NCBI GenBank assembly: GCA_951406725.2
Contig: OX597814.1
Location: 29,698,001-29,762,000, forward strand
DNA length: 64,000 nt
Origin: Octopus vulgaris
Lineage: Eukaryota
Direction: 5' to 3'
Of the stretch, positions 52,901 through 63,456 are shown piece after piece. The translations under genes were made by a program, and so were the position numbers. Under the pieces are notes generated by a model that searched no databases, had not been told where the DNA came from, and worked only from the letters and a program-made list of their open reading frames with translations. How positions within the stretch are numbered: the first letter of the stretch is position 1; each line of letters opens with the position of its first letter.

Positions 52901-55900
52901 AAAAAATCAGCATCATCTACTAAAAGGAATTTCTGTCTCATCAATAAGTTTTCATATTTTGCATTCAAACCAATTTTATTCTTTGAAGAAACTGCATTTA
53001 CCTTAAGGAAGGTTTTGATTATACAAAGTTTTCTGTACAACAGTAACCTTTACAGGAAATGCACCCAAAATATCTCAGGAAAGATCATTAGACAAGAACA
53101 CACTATATTAATACTAATGATTTGAGTATCTCTACTGCTATTAATATGTTAACATTCTCCAAAGAATTCTCTTTCCTGCCCAATCACAAGCAAACCATTC
53201 TTCACATACAATTTAATGGCACCAACTTGTTTTTTTCAGTATCTCAGCTTCTGGTTAGTATAACTGAAGCCAAACACAATATGATAATAATAATCCTTTC
53301 TACTATAGGCACAAGGCCTGAAATTTCGGGGAGAGGACAAGTCAATTGCATTGACTCTGAAAGGATGAAAAGCAAAGTTGACCTTGGTGGAATTTGAACT
53401 TAAAATGTAAAGATGGACAAAATGTTGCAAAGCATTTCGTATGGTGTACTAGCAGTTCTGCCAGCTTGCCACCTTATGTCATAATAATAACAGCAACCAC
53501 AGCAATTCCTTCCACCACAAGTACAAGGCTTGAAATTTTGGATGAATTTGCTAGTTGATTACATTGACCTCAGCACTGAGCATATACTGAAGATATTGTC
53601 AAAAATTATTAAGTCTGTTTAAGTTTCAGCCAAATGGCTTCTGTTATCAAGATTATTCTTAGAGGAAAAAAAAAAATGAATTTCTGTTATTAATTCACAC
53701 AAGTTTCAACAAATGAGGGTTCCAGTTGTTCCATTATTGGAACTACCAACCCCTACTGTTGAAGTTGATTCCCTGAAACTTCATGTGCCACAACAGTGCT
53801 ACCTTTAAAGTAAAGCCTATGTCATGGGCTTCTGCACAGTATCTAACTACCAAACTGTATTCACAAAGCTTAGTTCATCCGGAGGTTATGATAGAACACA
53901 CTTGATAAACTAATAAATCACTCAGTTACACATCCATTTTCACTGTAAGACATTTCAAAACATTAGGAATCTTATAAGTATCATTTCTGAGAAGGGACAG
54001 AAAACATTTGAGTAGTTTTATTAACTGACAAAAGCAAGATATTGAGTCAGAAAGAATAATCTATAGCTATTTTGAGAAAACAGGAAATGCAAAAGAAAAA
54101 ATTCCCATTAATAATGTCTGTTTCAGTTTCATAAAGTGAAAACAGCATTTCCCCAAATGTTAAAATAGATAAATAAATAGGTGTGGTTGTGCGGTAAGAA
54201 GCTTGCTTCCCAACCACATGGTTCTGAGTTTAGTTCCATTGCATGGTACTCTGGGCAAGTATTTTCTACTATAATCTGTTTAGTGATAACATTCTTAGGT
54301 ATCTACTGTATAGGATGGAAATCATGGAATTAATGAAAATGAATTAACTTAAACCTTATGCACAAGGCTAATTAACAAAGAGGGAGGTTACCATATTTAC
54401 ATGTTAATACACACTTTGAAGTATGAACGAAGAAATCTCTGAAAAATAATCGTTTGTATATACAGTGACTTTTCTTGAGCAGGGGCAGGGAGGTGGAGGA
54501 GTCAGATTTATTACAATTGCTGTACAAAATATATTGAAAATGTTCACAAATCTCAAAACAAAAAGCAATTTCAAAAGTGACTTTTAAATTTTGCCAGTGT
54601 AAACTGTAAAAATGCACCAGCTGTAAAGTCAACATTAAGGAGATCACATGAACACGTTTTTTTTTTCCCTGAGAAGATCAATCCGATTTTTGATAATGAC
54701 AGTGTAGTTGAGTTTATACATAATTTTACTGTGTACTGACGGAACAAACATTTAAGTAAAGATTAAAAAAAAAATATATCCATTACTTTGTTTATTATGC
54801 ATTTTTTTTTCAAAACTGCCTTTGGATTTTAAAACAAAAAAAATTTTTAATTATGCAATATATACTAACACAGTGCTAAAATGGCCTAATACGATGAAAA
54901 GAAGTGTTTTTATAAAAATTGTATGCATTTTAAACAATTTCAACATATTAAATATAAATTGCATATATTTCAAACAATTTTAGCATTAAATAATATATAT
55001 TGCATATAGGTAAAACAATACATTGACTAGCTGGTTAGAACACCTTTGTGTTACTACCTATTACAGTAAGTAATTGAAATACAAAACCTTAAGAAGCATA
55101 TGCTCTTATAGTAGAGTATATACAAACTAAGGTACATAGCAGTATATACAAAGCAGTACATTTTGTCATTTTGCTGTGTCAGTTTTACATTATACTTCTG
55201 AATCATTCTGATGTTAGTTAACAGTACATATCCTTGTTCAATATGATCTGTGACAGAGGTATACTTATAATAAACATTTTAATGCATTACCACTATCATA
55301 GAAAAATGTAACATTATTATAATGATTTAAACTCCCTTTTTATACAATTTGGATTGGACATTAAGTTACAACTTATGCCTCTTGAATATAGCTTTGTATA
55401 TGGAACTGGGAAAATAAGTAGTAACATAAATCCTATGTATGCTGCGGAGACCCCCTTCAGTCATGACTGACCATGGGATTGCACCTAGAAAGTTACCCTC
55501 CCAGGCACAAGTCCGGGCAAAGTTGTTTACAGAAGACCAGCAGTCGCCCATGCATACCAGCCTCTCCTCACCACGCCACCAGTGTTATCCAAGGGAAAGG
55601 CAAAGGCCGATACAGCTTGGCACCTGTGACGTCGCAACTCATTTCTACAGCTGAGTGAACTGGAGCAACGTGAAATAAAGTGTCTTGCTCAAGAAAACAA
55701 CACGCAGCCCAATCTGGGATTTGAACTCACAACCTCACGATCGTAAGCTCGACGCTCTAACCACTGAGCCATGCGCCTTCACAAATCCTATACATACATC
55801 CTAAATTTTAGGTAAAAAAATCTGGGGAAAAGTACATATATATAAATAAATATGGAATGCATAACTGAATTGACATAAGTATATTATTAATACTTATTTT

Positions 55901-56603
55901 ATCACAACAATGAGGGAGCTTCTGAACAACTGTTCAGTTTTGTAGAAACAGTAGTTAAATCACCCTCAACTCATTAACTATCTTTAAATCATAGTGGATA
56001 ATGTCCAAGATATGCTATGCCTACAAAACAGAATACAGGATGGTCACAGCAAGAAAGTCAAAGCTGATAATCATAGAGTTTGAACTTGGTACCAACATGT
56101 AATGTATTTAGACTGAGATTGTAATACATTTCAGACCATTGTGATTTTGGTCATACAAGTTCCAGCAGTTTTTCACTGCATAAAAAACTTCATAATGTAT
56201 AGTACTTGATAACATCATTAGAAATGACTGTAATACAAGCATAAAAATCTATTGATTCTATTTTTGCTGATGACAAGAATTGTATTTGATACAATGTATT
56301 AGTGTATCATAGGAGCTGAACATAAGCAAAAAAAAAAAAAAATACTGAAATAAAATTAAAGTAAAACCAGTATACTTACTGAGGTAATCCTTCAAAACAA
56401 TTTTTGCAAAAGCGATGACCACACATTCTTTGAATTGGGTCCCTAAAAATAAGATGGCACACAGGACATTTGAAGTGATCGGGAACACTTTTCCCGTCGA
56501 GACAAAGGATTTCAATGGCATAACCTTTTTGTAGATCACATGGTAACGAACCACTTGCACTGTCTTGATCCTCGTTGAAATCAGAAGGCATTGAATCTGC
56601 CAT
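16546..56603 (-). CDS. TRAF2: TNF receptor-associated factor 2-like gene, six coding exons, predicted 431 aa (RING, 3 TRAF zinc fingers, short coiled coil, MATH/TRAF-C)
   Basis: Exons 56603-56380, 40988-40898, 39815-39711, 22641-22564, 20781-20719 and 17280-16546 have GT-AG boundaries with matching phases (2,0,0,0,0) and join into one 1296-nt frame. MATH motifs (FYTSKYGYKMCLRLYLNGDG, HVIDSFRPD, SFQRP, MNIASGCPLF) look closer to TRAF2 than TRAF3 by eye. Exact orthology needs a tree. Confidence 0.85.
17405..17820 (+). mobile_element. SINE family 1 copy
   Basis: Collinear with 5212-5615; expanded internal (TA)n. Confidence 0.85.
18705..19090 (-). mobile_element. Retroposon family 2 ((GAT)n tail, internal hairpin minisatellite)
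   Basis: Shared ggcgttaggaagggcatccag...ggacgttaaacgatgatgat 3' part. Other copies at about 484, 1858, 6865, 7423, 11056, 13675, 27746 and 35274. Confidence 0.85.
19305..19600 (+). mobile_element. Retroposon family 2 copy
   Basis: Reverse-complement similar to 18705-19090. Confidence 0.85.
19805..20004. repeat. Long imperfect inverted repeat (80-bp arms), probable Penelope-like remnant
   Basis: 19805-19885 pairs with 19924-20004 around a 38-nt spacer. Confidence 0.7.
20119..20220. mobile_element. Mariner-derived MITE (about 100 bp)
   Basis: TA|ttgggttggtgcataatta...tagttatgcactaacccaa|TA terminal inverted repeats. Confidence 0.7.
20719..20781 (-). CDS. TRAF2: TRAF2-like coding exon 5 (zinc-finger segment)
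   Basis: Acceptor ttttacgtatttactag. Encodes MENHKKDCPYPVDCPLNCGVK. Donor AAG|gtttgt; 63 nt. Completes the exon 4 finger and starts the last finger. Confidence 0.82.
21905..22118. mobile_element. piggyBac-like TTAA MITE (family A)
   Basis: TTAA|CCCTTTCGTTAC...GTAACGAAAGGG|TTAA; perfect 12-bp TIR. Confidence 0.85.
22564..22641 (-). CDS. TRAF2: TRAF2-like coding exon 4 (zinc-finger segment)
   Basis: Acceptor ttttgttcttgtag. Encodes QQHSRNCEWRPEVCDRCFEGKIPMCE (H-x3-C-x6-C-x2-C). Donor GAA|gtaagt; 78 nt. This frame is not in the ORF track. Confidence 0.85.
23976..24184. mobile_element. piggyBac-like TTAA MITE (family B) inserted in a SINE
   Basis: TTAA|CCCTTTAG...CTAAAGGG|TTAA, splitting the SINE at about 23710-24290. 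Confidence 0.8.
24590..24995 (+). mobile_element. HERO/NeSL-like non-LTR fragment (restriction-like endonuclease C-terminus and 3' UTR)
   Basis: LTVPWEE...HERKLAIYQRLVEQC...EVGCRGFVG, a pattern I recall from HERO-clade REL domains; contains stops. Confidence 0.65.
25324..25508. mobile_element. Unclassified 185-bp GC-rich structured insertion with 10-bp target-site duplication
   Basis: AGAAGCCTAG at both 25314-25323 and 25509-25518. The insert is 57% GC with 15 CpG, has several hairpins and contains a perfect 20-bp palindrome at 25366-25385. Confidence 0.7.
26701..27095 (-). mobile_element. Helitron/Helentron-like non-autonomous element nested in a TTAA MITE
   Basis: Terminal hairpin atatgagc-aaaac-gctcatat (26701-26721). 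The other end has caaatttgaacgcaatcgg and (caga)n then ttttatat, a layout similar to the 39976-40361 element. Confidence 0.5.
28530..28781 (+). pseudogene. Helitron RepHel (PIF1-family helicase) C-terminal fragment
   Basis: [36 protein letters not shown] matches PIF1/Helitron helicase motifs V-VI. The upstream part is absent. Confidence 0.85.
30394..30709 (-). mobile_element. tRNA-derived SINE family 4 with TSD
   Basis: Head ggcgcaatggcccagtggttagggc...ggtttcgactccc; TSD atgtcatgtatt (30382-30393 and 30710-30721). Confidence 0.85.
31290..32055 (+). mobile_element. Internally deleted Tc1/mariner-superfamily element, DD37D (maT) type
   Basis: TA|CAGGGTGC...GCACCCTG|TA termini. The transposase remnant WQQDSVPCH...SPDCNPLDYYVWG has 37 residues between the second and third catalytic D. 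Confidence 0.85.
33952..34796. mobile_element. hAT-like MITE interrupted by a SINE
   Basis: CAGGGCT...AGCCCTG termini with internal gactcc/ggagtc subterminal repeats. 8-bp flanks aagaaaag and aagaaaat fit a TSD with one mismatch. Confidence 0.6.
34117..34710 (-). mobile_element. Retroposon family 2, long copy
   Basis: Same tail, about 4-5 internal repeat units and a 5' extension shared with 38060-38670. Confidence 0.85.
35640..36120 (-). mobile_element. Old Jockey/CR1-group LINE 3' fragment
   Basis: Degenerate IQRKTIQLIG...CS.ELA-type C-terminal motifs on the minus strand. Confidence 0.4.
36201..37278. repeat. Pair of diverged ~160-bp direct repeats (36201-36364 and 37120-37278)
   Basis: Shared ggaacatttcttga...gttaaattat...caaaacaaagtc...cacacttatataa. 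Confidence 0.8.
37462..37682. mobile_element. piggyBac-like TTAA MITE (family A)
   Basis: TTAA|CCCTTTCGTTAC...GTAACGAAAGGG|TTAA. Confidence 0.85.
38060..38670 (+). mobile_element. Retroposon family 2, long diverged copy
   Basis: Four internal units, (GAT)n tail and the longest 5' extension in the window. Confidence 0.75.
39711..39815 (-). CDS. TRAF2: TRAF2-like coding exon 3 (first half of zinc finger 1)
   Basis: Acceptor ttttacttgcag. Encodes QPYTPDYYLRKELDKHPAQCLYPGCSWKGKFKDYK, the typical TRAF PD..R.E...C...GC.WKG motif. Donor AAA|gtaagt; 105 nt. Confidence 0.9.
39976..40361 (-). mobile_element. Complete non-autonomous Helitron (386 bp)
   Basis: On the minus strand it starts TC at 40361 after a host A and ends CTAG at 39976 before a host T. 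A GC-rich subterminal hairpin (cctgagcaacgccggg) lies about 10 nt from the end. No TSD. Confidence 0.8.
40898..40988 (-). CDS. TRAF2: TRAF2-like coding exon 2 (last CxxC of RING)
   Basis: Acceptor ttttctgtcttacag|G completes the CAG codon split from exon 1. Encodes (Q)DSICEKCLEDVSNESDSIDPTISMLISKNE. Donor GAG|gtatgt; 91 nt. Confidence 0.88.
41937..42156. mobile_element. piggyBac-like TTAA MITE (family B, opposite orientation)
   Basis: TTAA|CCCTTTAG...CTAAAGGG|TTAA; interior is reverse-complement similar to family B. More decayed copies at about 14070-14240, 33040-33254 and 42500-42690. Confidence 0.8.
42705..42935 (-). mobile_element. SINE family 3 copy with TSD
   Basis: Flanked by ttaaatatattact direct repeats. 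Confidence 0.85.
44622..44842. mobile_element. piggyBac-like TTAA MITE (family B)
   Basis: TTAA|CCCTTTAG...CTAAAGGG|TTAA. Confidence 0.85.
45885..46340 (+). mobile_element. CR1-like LINE fragment
   Basis: Translates to DLGITVSSDL...HISKIVKKA...RPYLEFASPV with stops. Confidence 0.7.
46881..47112 (+). mobile_element. tRNA-derived SINE family 3 with TSD
   Basis: aaggcggcgagctggcagaa...gagttcaaattcc...gcctttcatcctttcggggtcgataaa; TSD ggtacagtttat (46869-46880 and 47113-47124). Other copies at about 6467 and 23171, plus many decayed ones. Confidence 0.85.
48050..48447 (+). mobile_element. SINE family 1 copy
   Basis: Collinear with 5212-5615. Confidence 0.8.
48819..50430 (-). mobile_element. Decayed mariner (DD34D) transposon interrupted by a SINE
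   Basis: WVPH, VTGDKKW and HQDNARPH...YSPNIAPSDYHLF (34-residue spacing), with frameshifts. TIR core tcccataaataatg at both ends and TA at 50431. SINE inserted at about 49738-50150. Confidence 0.88.
49738..50150 (-). mobile_element. SINE family 1 full-length copy inside the mariner
   Basis: Flanked by tatact repeats (49732-49737 and 50151-50156). Removing it restores the transposase sequence INAVYGDW. Confidence 0.88.
55437..55782 (-). mobile_element. tRNA-derived CORE-like SINE with TSD
   Basis: Head ggcgcatggctcagtggttagagcg...gagttcaaatccc, then ttcttgagcaagacact body; TSD aaatcctat. Confidence 0.85.
56380..56603 (-). CDS. TRAF2: TRAF2-like coding exon 1 (start codon, N-terminal part of RING)
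   Basis: MADSMPS...CPVCHLIFRDPIQRMCGHRFCKNCFEGLP. Acceptor ccttttcattctgtag puts the exon start at 56613, 10 nt before the ATG, implying a 5' UTR exon further upstream. Donor CA|gtaagt, phase 2. Confidence 0.9.
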
Positions 56604-56902
56604 TTTTCTAGTCCTACAGAATGAAAAGGAAATATTTTCTTTTTATGATAAAACTAAGTTTATTCATAAATATATCAGGATTATAGAGTTGATGATAAAT
56701 AGTACATTTAATATATCTATATAGCTAAAACTAAATCTACATTGCAAGGTTACGTATGATTTATTTAAATAAATTTTTGCTATGAGATATTTTATATACA
56801 TATATATATACATACATAGATAGATAAGGATAAGATCGACATTTAAATACCAATCTTATCAGGTGGCCAGCATGGGAATAAAAACCTCCAAAGGTAATAA
56901 TT

Positions 56903-56903
56903 T

Positions 56904-56939
<36 letters not shown>

Positions 56940-57149
56940 CACATGACACATATATATATATATACATACATACATATATATACATACACACACAAATATA
57001 TATACATATATATGCACAAATATATAAACACATATATATACTTATATATGCATATATACATACACGTATACATATGTACATATATATATACATACATATA
57101 TACACACACATGTATACATATGTAAATATACACATGTATACATATGTAC

Positions 57150-57180
<31 letters not shown>

Positions 57181-57195
57181 TGTATACATATGTAC

Positions 57196-57233
<38 letters not shown>

Positions 57234-57234
57234 G

Positions 57235-57280
<46 letters not shown>

Positions 57281-57477
57281 TGTATACATATGTACATATA
57301 CATATATATACACATGTATACATATGTACATATATATATATATATATATACACATACACATGTATACATATGTACATATACATACACACACGTGTACATA
57401 TACATATACACATGTATATATATACACACACACATGTATACATATGTACATATACATATACACACACATGTATACAC

Positions 57478-57508
<31 letters not shown>

Positions 57509-57715
57509 TACATACATATATATATACACACACATACATATATACACACACATACATACATATATATATACACACACATACATACATATATACACACAAA
57601 CACACATATAGATATGTATATATGCATACATATATACATACATTTATATATATACATATATATACATACACACACACATATATACACACACACATATATA
57701 CACACACACATATAC

Positions 57716-57748
<33 letters not shown>

Positions 57749-57925
57749 TATGTATACATACATATATAAACATACATATATACATATATATACACATATA
57801 TATGTATACATACATATATAAACATACATATATACATATATATACACATATATATGTATACATACATATATAAACATACATATATACATATATATACACA
57901 TATATATGTATACATACATATATAA

Positions 57926-57956
<31 letters not shown>

Positions 57957-57975
57957 CATACATATATACACATAT
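56903..57975. repeat. Compound (TA/CA/TG)n microsatellite array with a 52-bp higher-order unit
   Basis: Near-continuous purine-pyrimidine alternation; taaac marker at 57767, 57819, 57871 and 57923. Confidence 0.95.
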
Positions 57976-58910
57976 GTATATGGCCCTCTCAGATACGTCC
58001 CCCAGTGCCCGGATAGCCACCCTTACAAGCTATGCAGATGATACGAAAGTCTCGCAGAAAATACAGAAGCCCAGCGATGTTGCACACCTGCAGCAGGAGT
58101 TGGACTCAATTTACAGATGGGCTGAGGATAATATGCAGTTTAATGCTGAAAAATGCCAAGCCCTGCGCTACCAGCTTCCAAAATTGAATATGAAACTTAC
58201 AGGGTACACTGGTCCACAGGGAATTTCAATCCCAGAGCCTAACTCAGTGAGGGACCTGGGTACTGACATGAGTAAAGATACCTCTTTCCAAGTGCACATT
58301 ACCAGAATGGCAACAAAGTGCAGATGAGTGGCTGGAAGGATCCTGAGAACATTCGTCATCAGCTGCCTGGATTACTGCTCACAGCTATGGTCACCCACCA
58401 GTGTGAAATTAACAGCGGACCTTGAAGCAATCCAGAGAAGACTGTCTCTTTGCAAATGCTCAACAACTGGGAAAGGCTGAAACAGCTAAGACTCCACTCC
58501 CTGGAGAGAAGGCAGGAGAAGTACACAGAAATATACATCTGGAAGATCCTGGAAGGAATTGTGCCAAATTTTGTCACTGAAAGCTACACCAAACCCAGAA
58601 CGGGACGACACTTCATAGTGCCAAAGATCCCAGCAGCGCCATCATGCTTCAGGAGCAGTTACTGCAACAGCCTGGGTTTCAGGGGCACACAGCTTTTTAA
58701 TACTCTTCCAAAGAGCTTGAGGAACCTGCACAAAGTAGATGTAGGCGTTTTTAAATCAAAGCTGAACCTCTTCCTTTCGAAAGTGCCACATGAACCTACC
58801 TCACGGCAAGAAGTGCAAATGAGGGTAAGTACATCAAACTCCTTTCTTCACCAAGTGCCACATATTGGAGGAGGCTCTCAGTAATAACAGTGTAGCAAAA
58901 TGGCAGTGCA
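57974..58910 (+). mobile_element. Decayed CR1/L2-group LINE fragment related to 60911-62112
   Basis: YADDTK, RDLG and LERRQEKY...IYIWKILEG are collinear with the minus-strand copy; has an in-frame stop and deletions. Confidence 0.9.
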
Positions 58911-58948
58911 TAAGAAAAAAGAAAGAAACTACAGAAAGAGAGAAAAAA

Positions 58949-58991
58949 ATATATATACATACACACACACATATTCATACATATCTATAGC

Positions 58992-59039
<48 letters not shown>

Positions 59040-59385
59040 TATATATATACATATAGGAAAACATATAGACACACACATATATGCAAACATACACACAAAT
59101 ACATACATATATATACGTATACACATATGTACATGAACATATATATATATACATACACACACGCTCACACACATATAGATACAGATATATAATATTGATA
59201 TATATATATATATATATATGTATATACACAGAAACATACATGCATATAGATACATACGTATAAATACACAAACATATACACATACAAATATATAGATATA
59301 CATCGATACATATATATATACACGCATATATATATACATATATACACACATACATATATATACACATATACATGCATATATATAT
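58949..59385. repeat. Degenerate (TA/CA)n array
   Basis: Directly visible. Confidence 0.9.
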
Positions 59386-59584
59386 ACTCTTTTACTTGTT
59401 TCAGTCATTTGACTGCGGCCATGCTGGAGCACCGCCTTTAGTCGAGCAACTGGACCCTGGGACTTATTCTTTTTGTGAGCCCAGTACTTATTCTATCGGT
59501 CTCTTTTTGCCGAACCGCTAGGTGACGGGGACGTAAACACACCAGCATCGGTTGTCAAGCAATGCTAGGGGAACAAACACAGAC

Positions 59585-59691
59585 ACACACACATACATAT
59601 ATATACATATGTATATATATATACATATGTGTACATACATATGTATATATATGTATGTATATATACATACATATGTATATATACATACATA

Positions 59692-59729
<38 letters not shown>

Positions 59730-59737
59730 CATATGTA

Positions 59738-59775
<38 letters not shown>

Positions 59776-60584
59776 CATATGTATATATATATACATACAT
59801 ATATATACATATGTATATATATATACATACATACATATATACACATATGTATATATATATACATACATACATATATACATACATATGTATATATACATAC
59901 ATATATATATATACATATGTATATATACATACATATGTATATATACATACATATATATATATACATACATACATATATACATACATATGTATATATACAT
60001 ACATATATATATATACATACATACATATGTATATATACATACATATGTATATATACATACATATATATATACATACATATGTATATATACATACATATGT
60101 ATATATACATACATATGTATATATACATACATATGTATATATACATACATATATATATATACATACATATATATATATACATACATATATATATATACAT
60201 ACATACGTATATATACATATATATATATACATACATACGTATATATACATACATATATATATATATATACATACATATATACATACATACATATATACAT
60301 ACATACATATATACATACATACATATATACATACATATGTATATATACATACATATATACATACATATGTATATATACATACATATGTATATATACATAC
60401 ATATATATATACATACATATATATATATATATATATACATACATATATATATATATATATATACATATGTACATATATACATATATATCTATACATACAT
60501 ATATACATACATATATATCTATACATACATATATACATATATATCTATACATACATATATACATACATATATATCTATACATAC

Positions 60585-60617
<33 letters not shown>

Positions 60618-60910
60618 CATACATATGTATATATACATACATATATATATATATACATATGTACATATATACATACATATGTATATATACACATACATAT
60701 GTATATATACACATATGTACATATATACATACATATGTATATATACATACATATATATATATATATATACATACATATATATATATACATATGTACATAT
60801 ATATATATATATACATACATATATACATACATATGTACATATATACATACATATGTACATATATACATACATATGTACATATATACATACATATGTACAT
60901 ATATACATAT
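59585..60910. repeat. (TACA/TATA/TATG)n array, about 1.3 kb
   Basis: Directly visible; begins at the internal microsatellite position of a family-1 SINE. Confidence 0.95.
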
Positions 60911-62112
60911 TGATTGATTGATTGATTGATTCTAGTTTCAGCTTATGAGCTGTGGCCATGCTGGGGCACCGCCATTTGGTGTTGCTACTTGGTTTCACTT
61001 CATGGAGGCTTTCTAGCAACTGCTATTTGGTGCATGAGAGAGTTCGATGCAGCTGCCCTCATCTGCCCCTCCTGCCGTGAAGTTGGTTCATCTGGGACAC
61101 CTGACAGGAAGAGATCCAGCTTCATTTTAAAGACATCTGTATCCACCCCATGCAGGTCTCTCAGGTTCTTCGGGAGGATATTGAAGAGCTGTGGGCCTCG
61201 GAAGCCCAGGCTATCACAGAATCTTGTCCTACATCTTGATGGCAGGTTTGGAGTCCTAGGCACCACGCAGTGGCGCCCAGTTCTGGCATTTGCGTAACTC
61301 TCGATGCCAAAGTTCAGGACACTTCCCTCCAGGATCTTCCAGATGTATATTATGGCATATCTTTCCCGCCTGCGCTCCAGGGAATATAATTTTAATCTCT
61401 TGAGTCTTTCCCAGTAGCTTACATTCTGCATAGAGGCTATCTTCTTTGTGTAGCTTCGTTGGATCGCCTCAAGTTCTGTGATCAACTTGACACTGGATGG
61501 TGACCATAGCTGAGAGCAATAGTCAAAGTGGCTTAGGACAAGTGTCTTCCAGAGGACCATCATGGTTTCTTGTTCTCTTGTTCTAAAGGTTCTAAGAATC
61601 CATCCAGCCAGCCGTCTACATTTCATTGTCAGTTTAGCAACATGTACATGAAAGGTCGCGTCATCACTCATGTGAATACCCAGGTCACGCACTGATTGTG
61701 CCTCTGGGATTGCAATCCCTCCGGGTCCAGTGTATTCATTGGGTATTGCATTCAGTTTTGCATGCTGATAGTATAAAGCTTGAAACTTTCCAGCATTGAA
61801 CTGCATGCTATTCTTTTCAGCCCACTTGTATATTTCGTCCAGCTCACATTGCAGGTGTTTAGTGTCCTCAGGGTTCTGTATTGCCTGTGAGACTTTTGTA
61901 TCATCTGCATAACTTGTGATCGTGGCTCTCTGCGTGGCTGAGGGCATGTCTGAGAGGGCCATTATGAACAGTAGTGGTCCCAGAACAGTGCCCTGCGGAA
62001 CACCGCTCACTATTTGTGTGTTAATGGAGGTGGCCCCATTGGCTACTACCACCTGACTTCTATCCTTCAGAAAGTCATGAAGCCATTCTCCCAGTTTTCC
62101 AACTATGTTGAG
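60911..62112 (-). mobile_element. 5'-truncated CR1/L2-group LINE (RT C-terminal half, 3' UTR, (AATC)n tail)
   Basis: About 370 uninterrupted codons with [22 protein letters not shown] and DYCSQLWSP; stop at 61000; short 3' UTR and tandem tail at 60911-60930. The N-terminus of the 414-aa ORF is microsatellite. Confidence 0.92.
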
Positions 62113-62294
62113 ATATGTACATACATATGTACATACATATATACATATGTACATACATATATACATACATATGTACATACATATATACATACATATGTAC
62201 ATACATATATACATACATCTATATACATACATATATACATACATCTATATACATACATATATACATACATCTATATACATACATATGTACATAC

Positions 62295-62326
<32 letters not shown>

Positions 62327-62886
62327 GTATATATATACATACATACATATGTACATACATATATATACATACATATGTATATATATACATACATACATAT
62401 GTACATACATATATATACATACATATGTATATATATACATACATACATATATATACATACATATGTATATATATACATACATACATATGTACATATATAT
62501 ATACATACATACATATATATATATACATACATACATATATATATACATACATACATATATATATACATACATACATATATATATATATACATACATATAT
62601 ATATATACATACATATATATATATACATACATACATATATATATACATACATATATATATACATACATATATATATACATACATATATATATACATACAT
62701 ATATATATACATACATATATACATACATACATATATACATACATATATACATACATACATATATACATACATATATACATACATATATACATACATATAT
62801 ACATACATACATATATATATATACATACATACATATATATATATATATACATACATATATATATATACATACATATATATATATAC

Positions 62887-62920
<34 letters not shown>

Positions 62921-62929
62921 ACATACATA

Positions 62930-62970
<41 letters not shown>

Positions 62971-62985
62971 ATATACATACATACA

Positions 62986-63025
<40 letters not shown>

Positions 63026-63216
63026 CATACATATATATACATATACATACATACATATATATATATACATATATACATATACATATACATACATAAATAC
63101 ATATACATACATATATATATATACATACATACATATATATACATACATATGTATATATACATATATATATATACATACATATATACATATACATACATAT
63201 ACATATATACGTATAC

Positions 63217-63248
<32 letters not shown>

Positions 63249-63423
63249 ATACATATACATACATAAATACATATACATACATAAATACATATACATACAT
63301 ATATATATACATATACATACATATATATATACATATACATACATATATATATACATATACATACATATATACATACATATATATATACATATACATACAT
63401 ATAAATATACATACATATGTATA

Positions 63424-63456
<33 letters not shown>

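Noticed and set aside
55700-55782. Possible tRNA genes (also 13375-13445 and 30640-30705)
   Set aside because: These are tRNA-derived SINE heads continuing into SINE bodies, some with TSDs; no intact acceptor stem.
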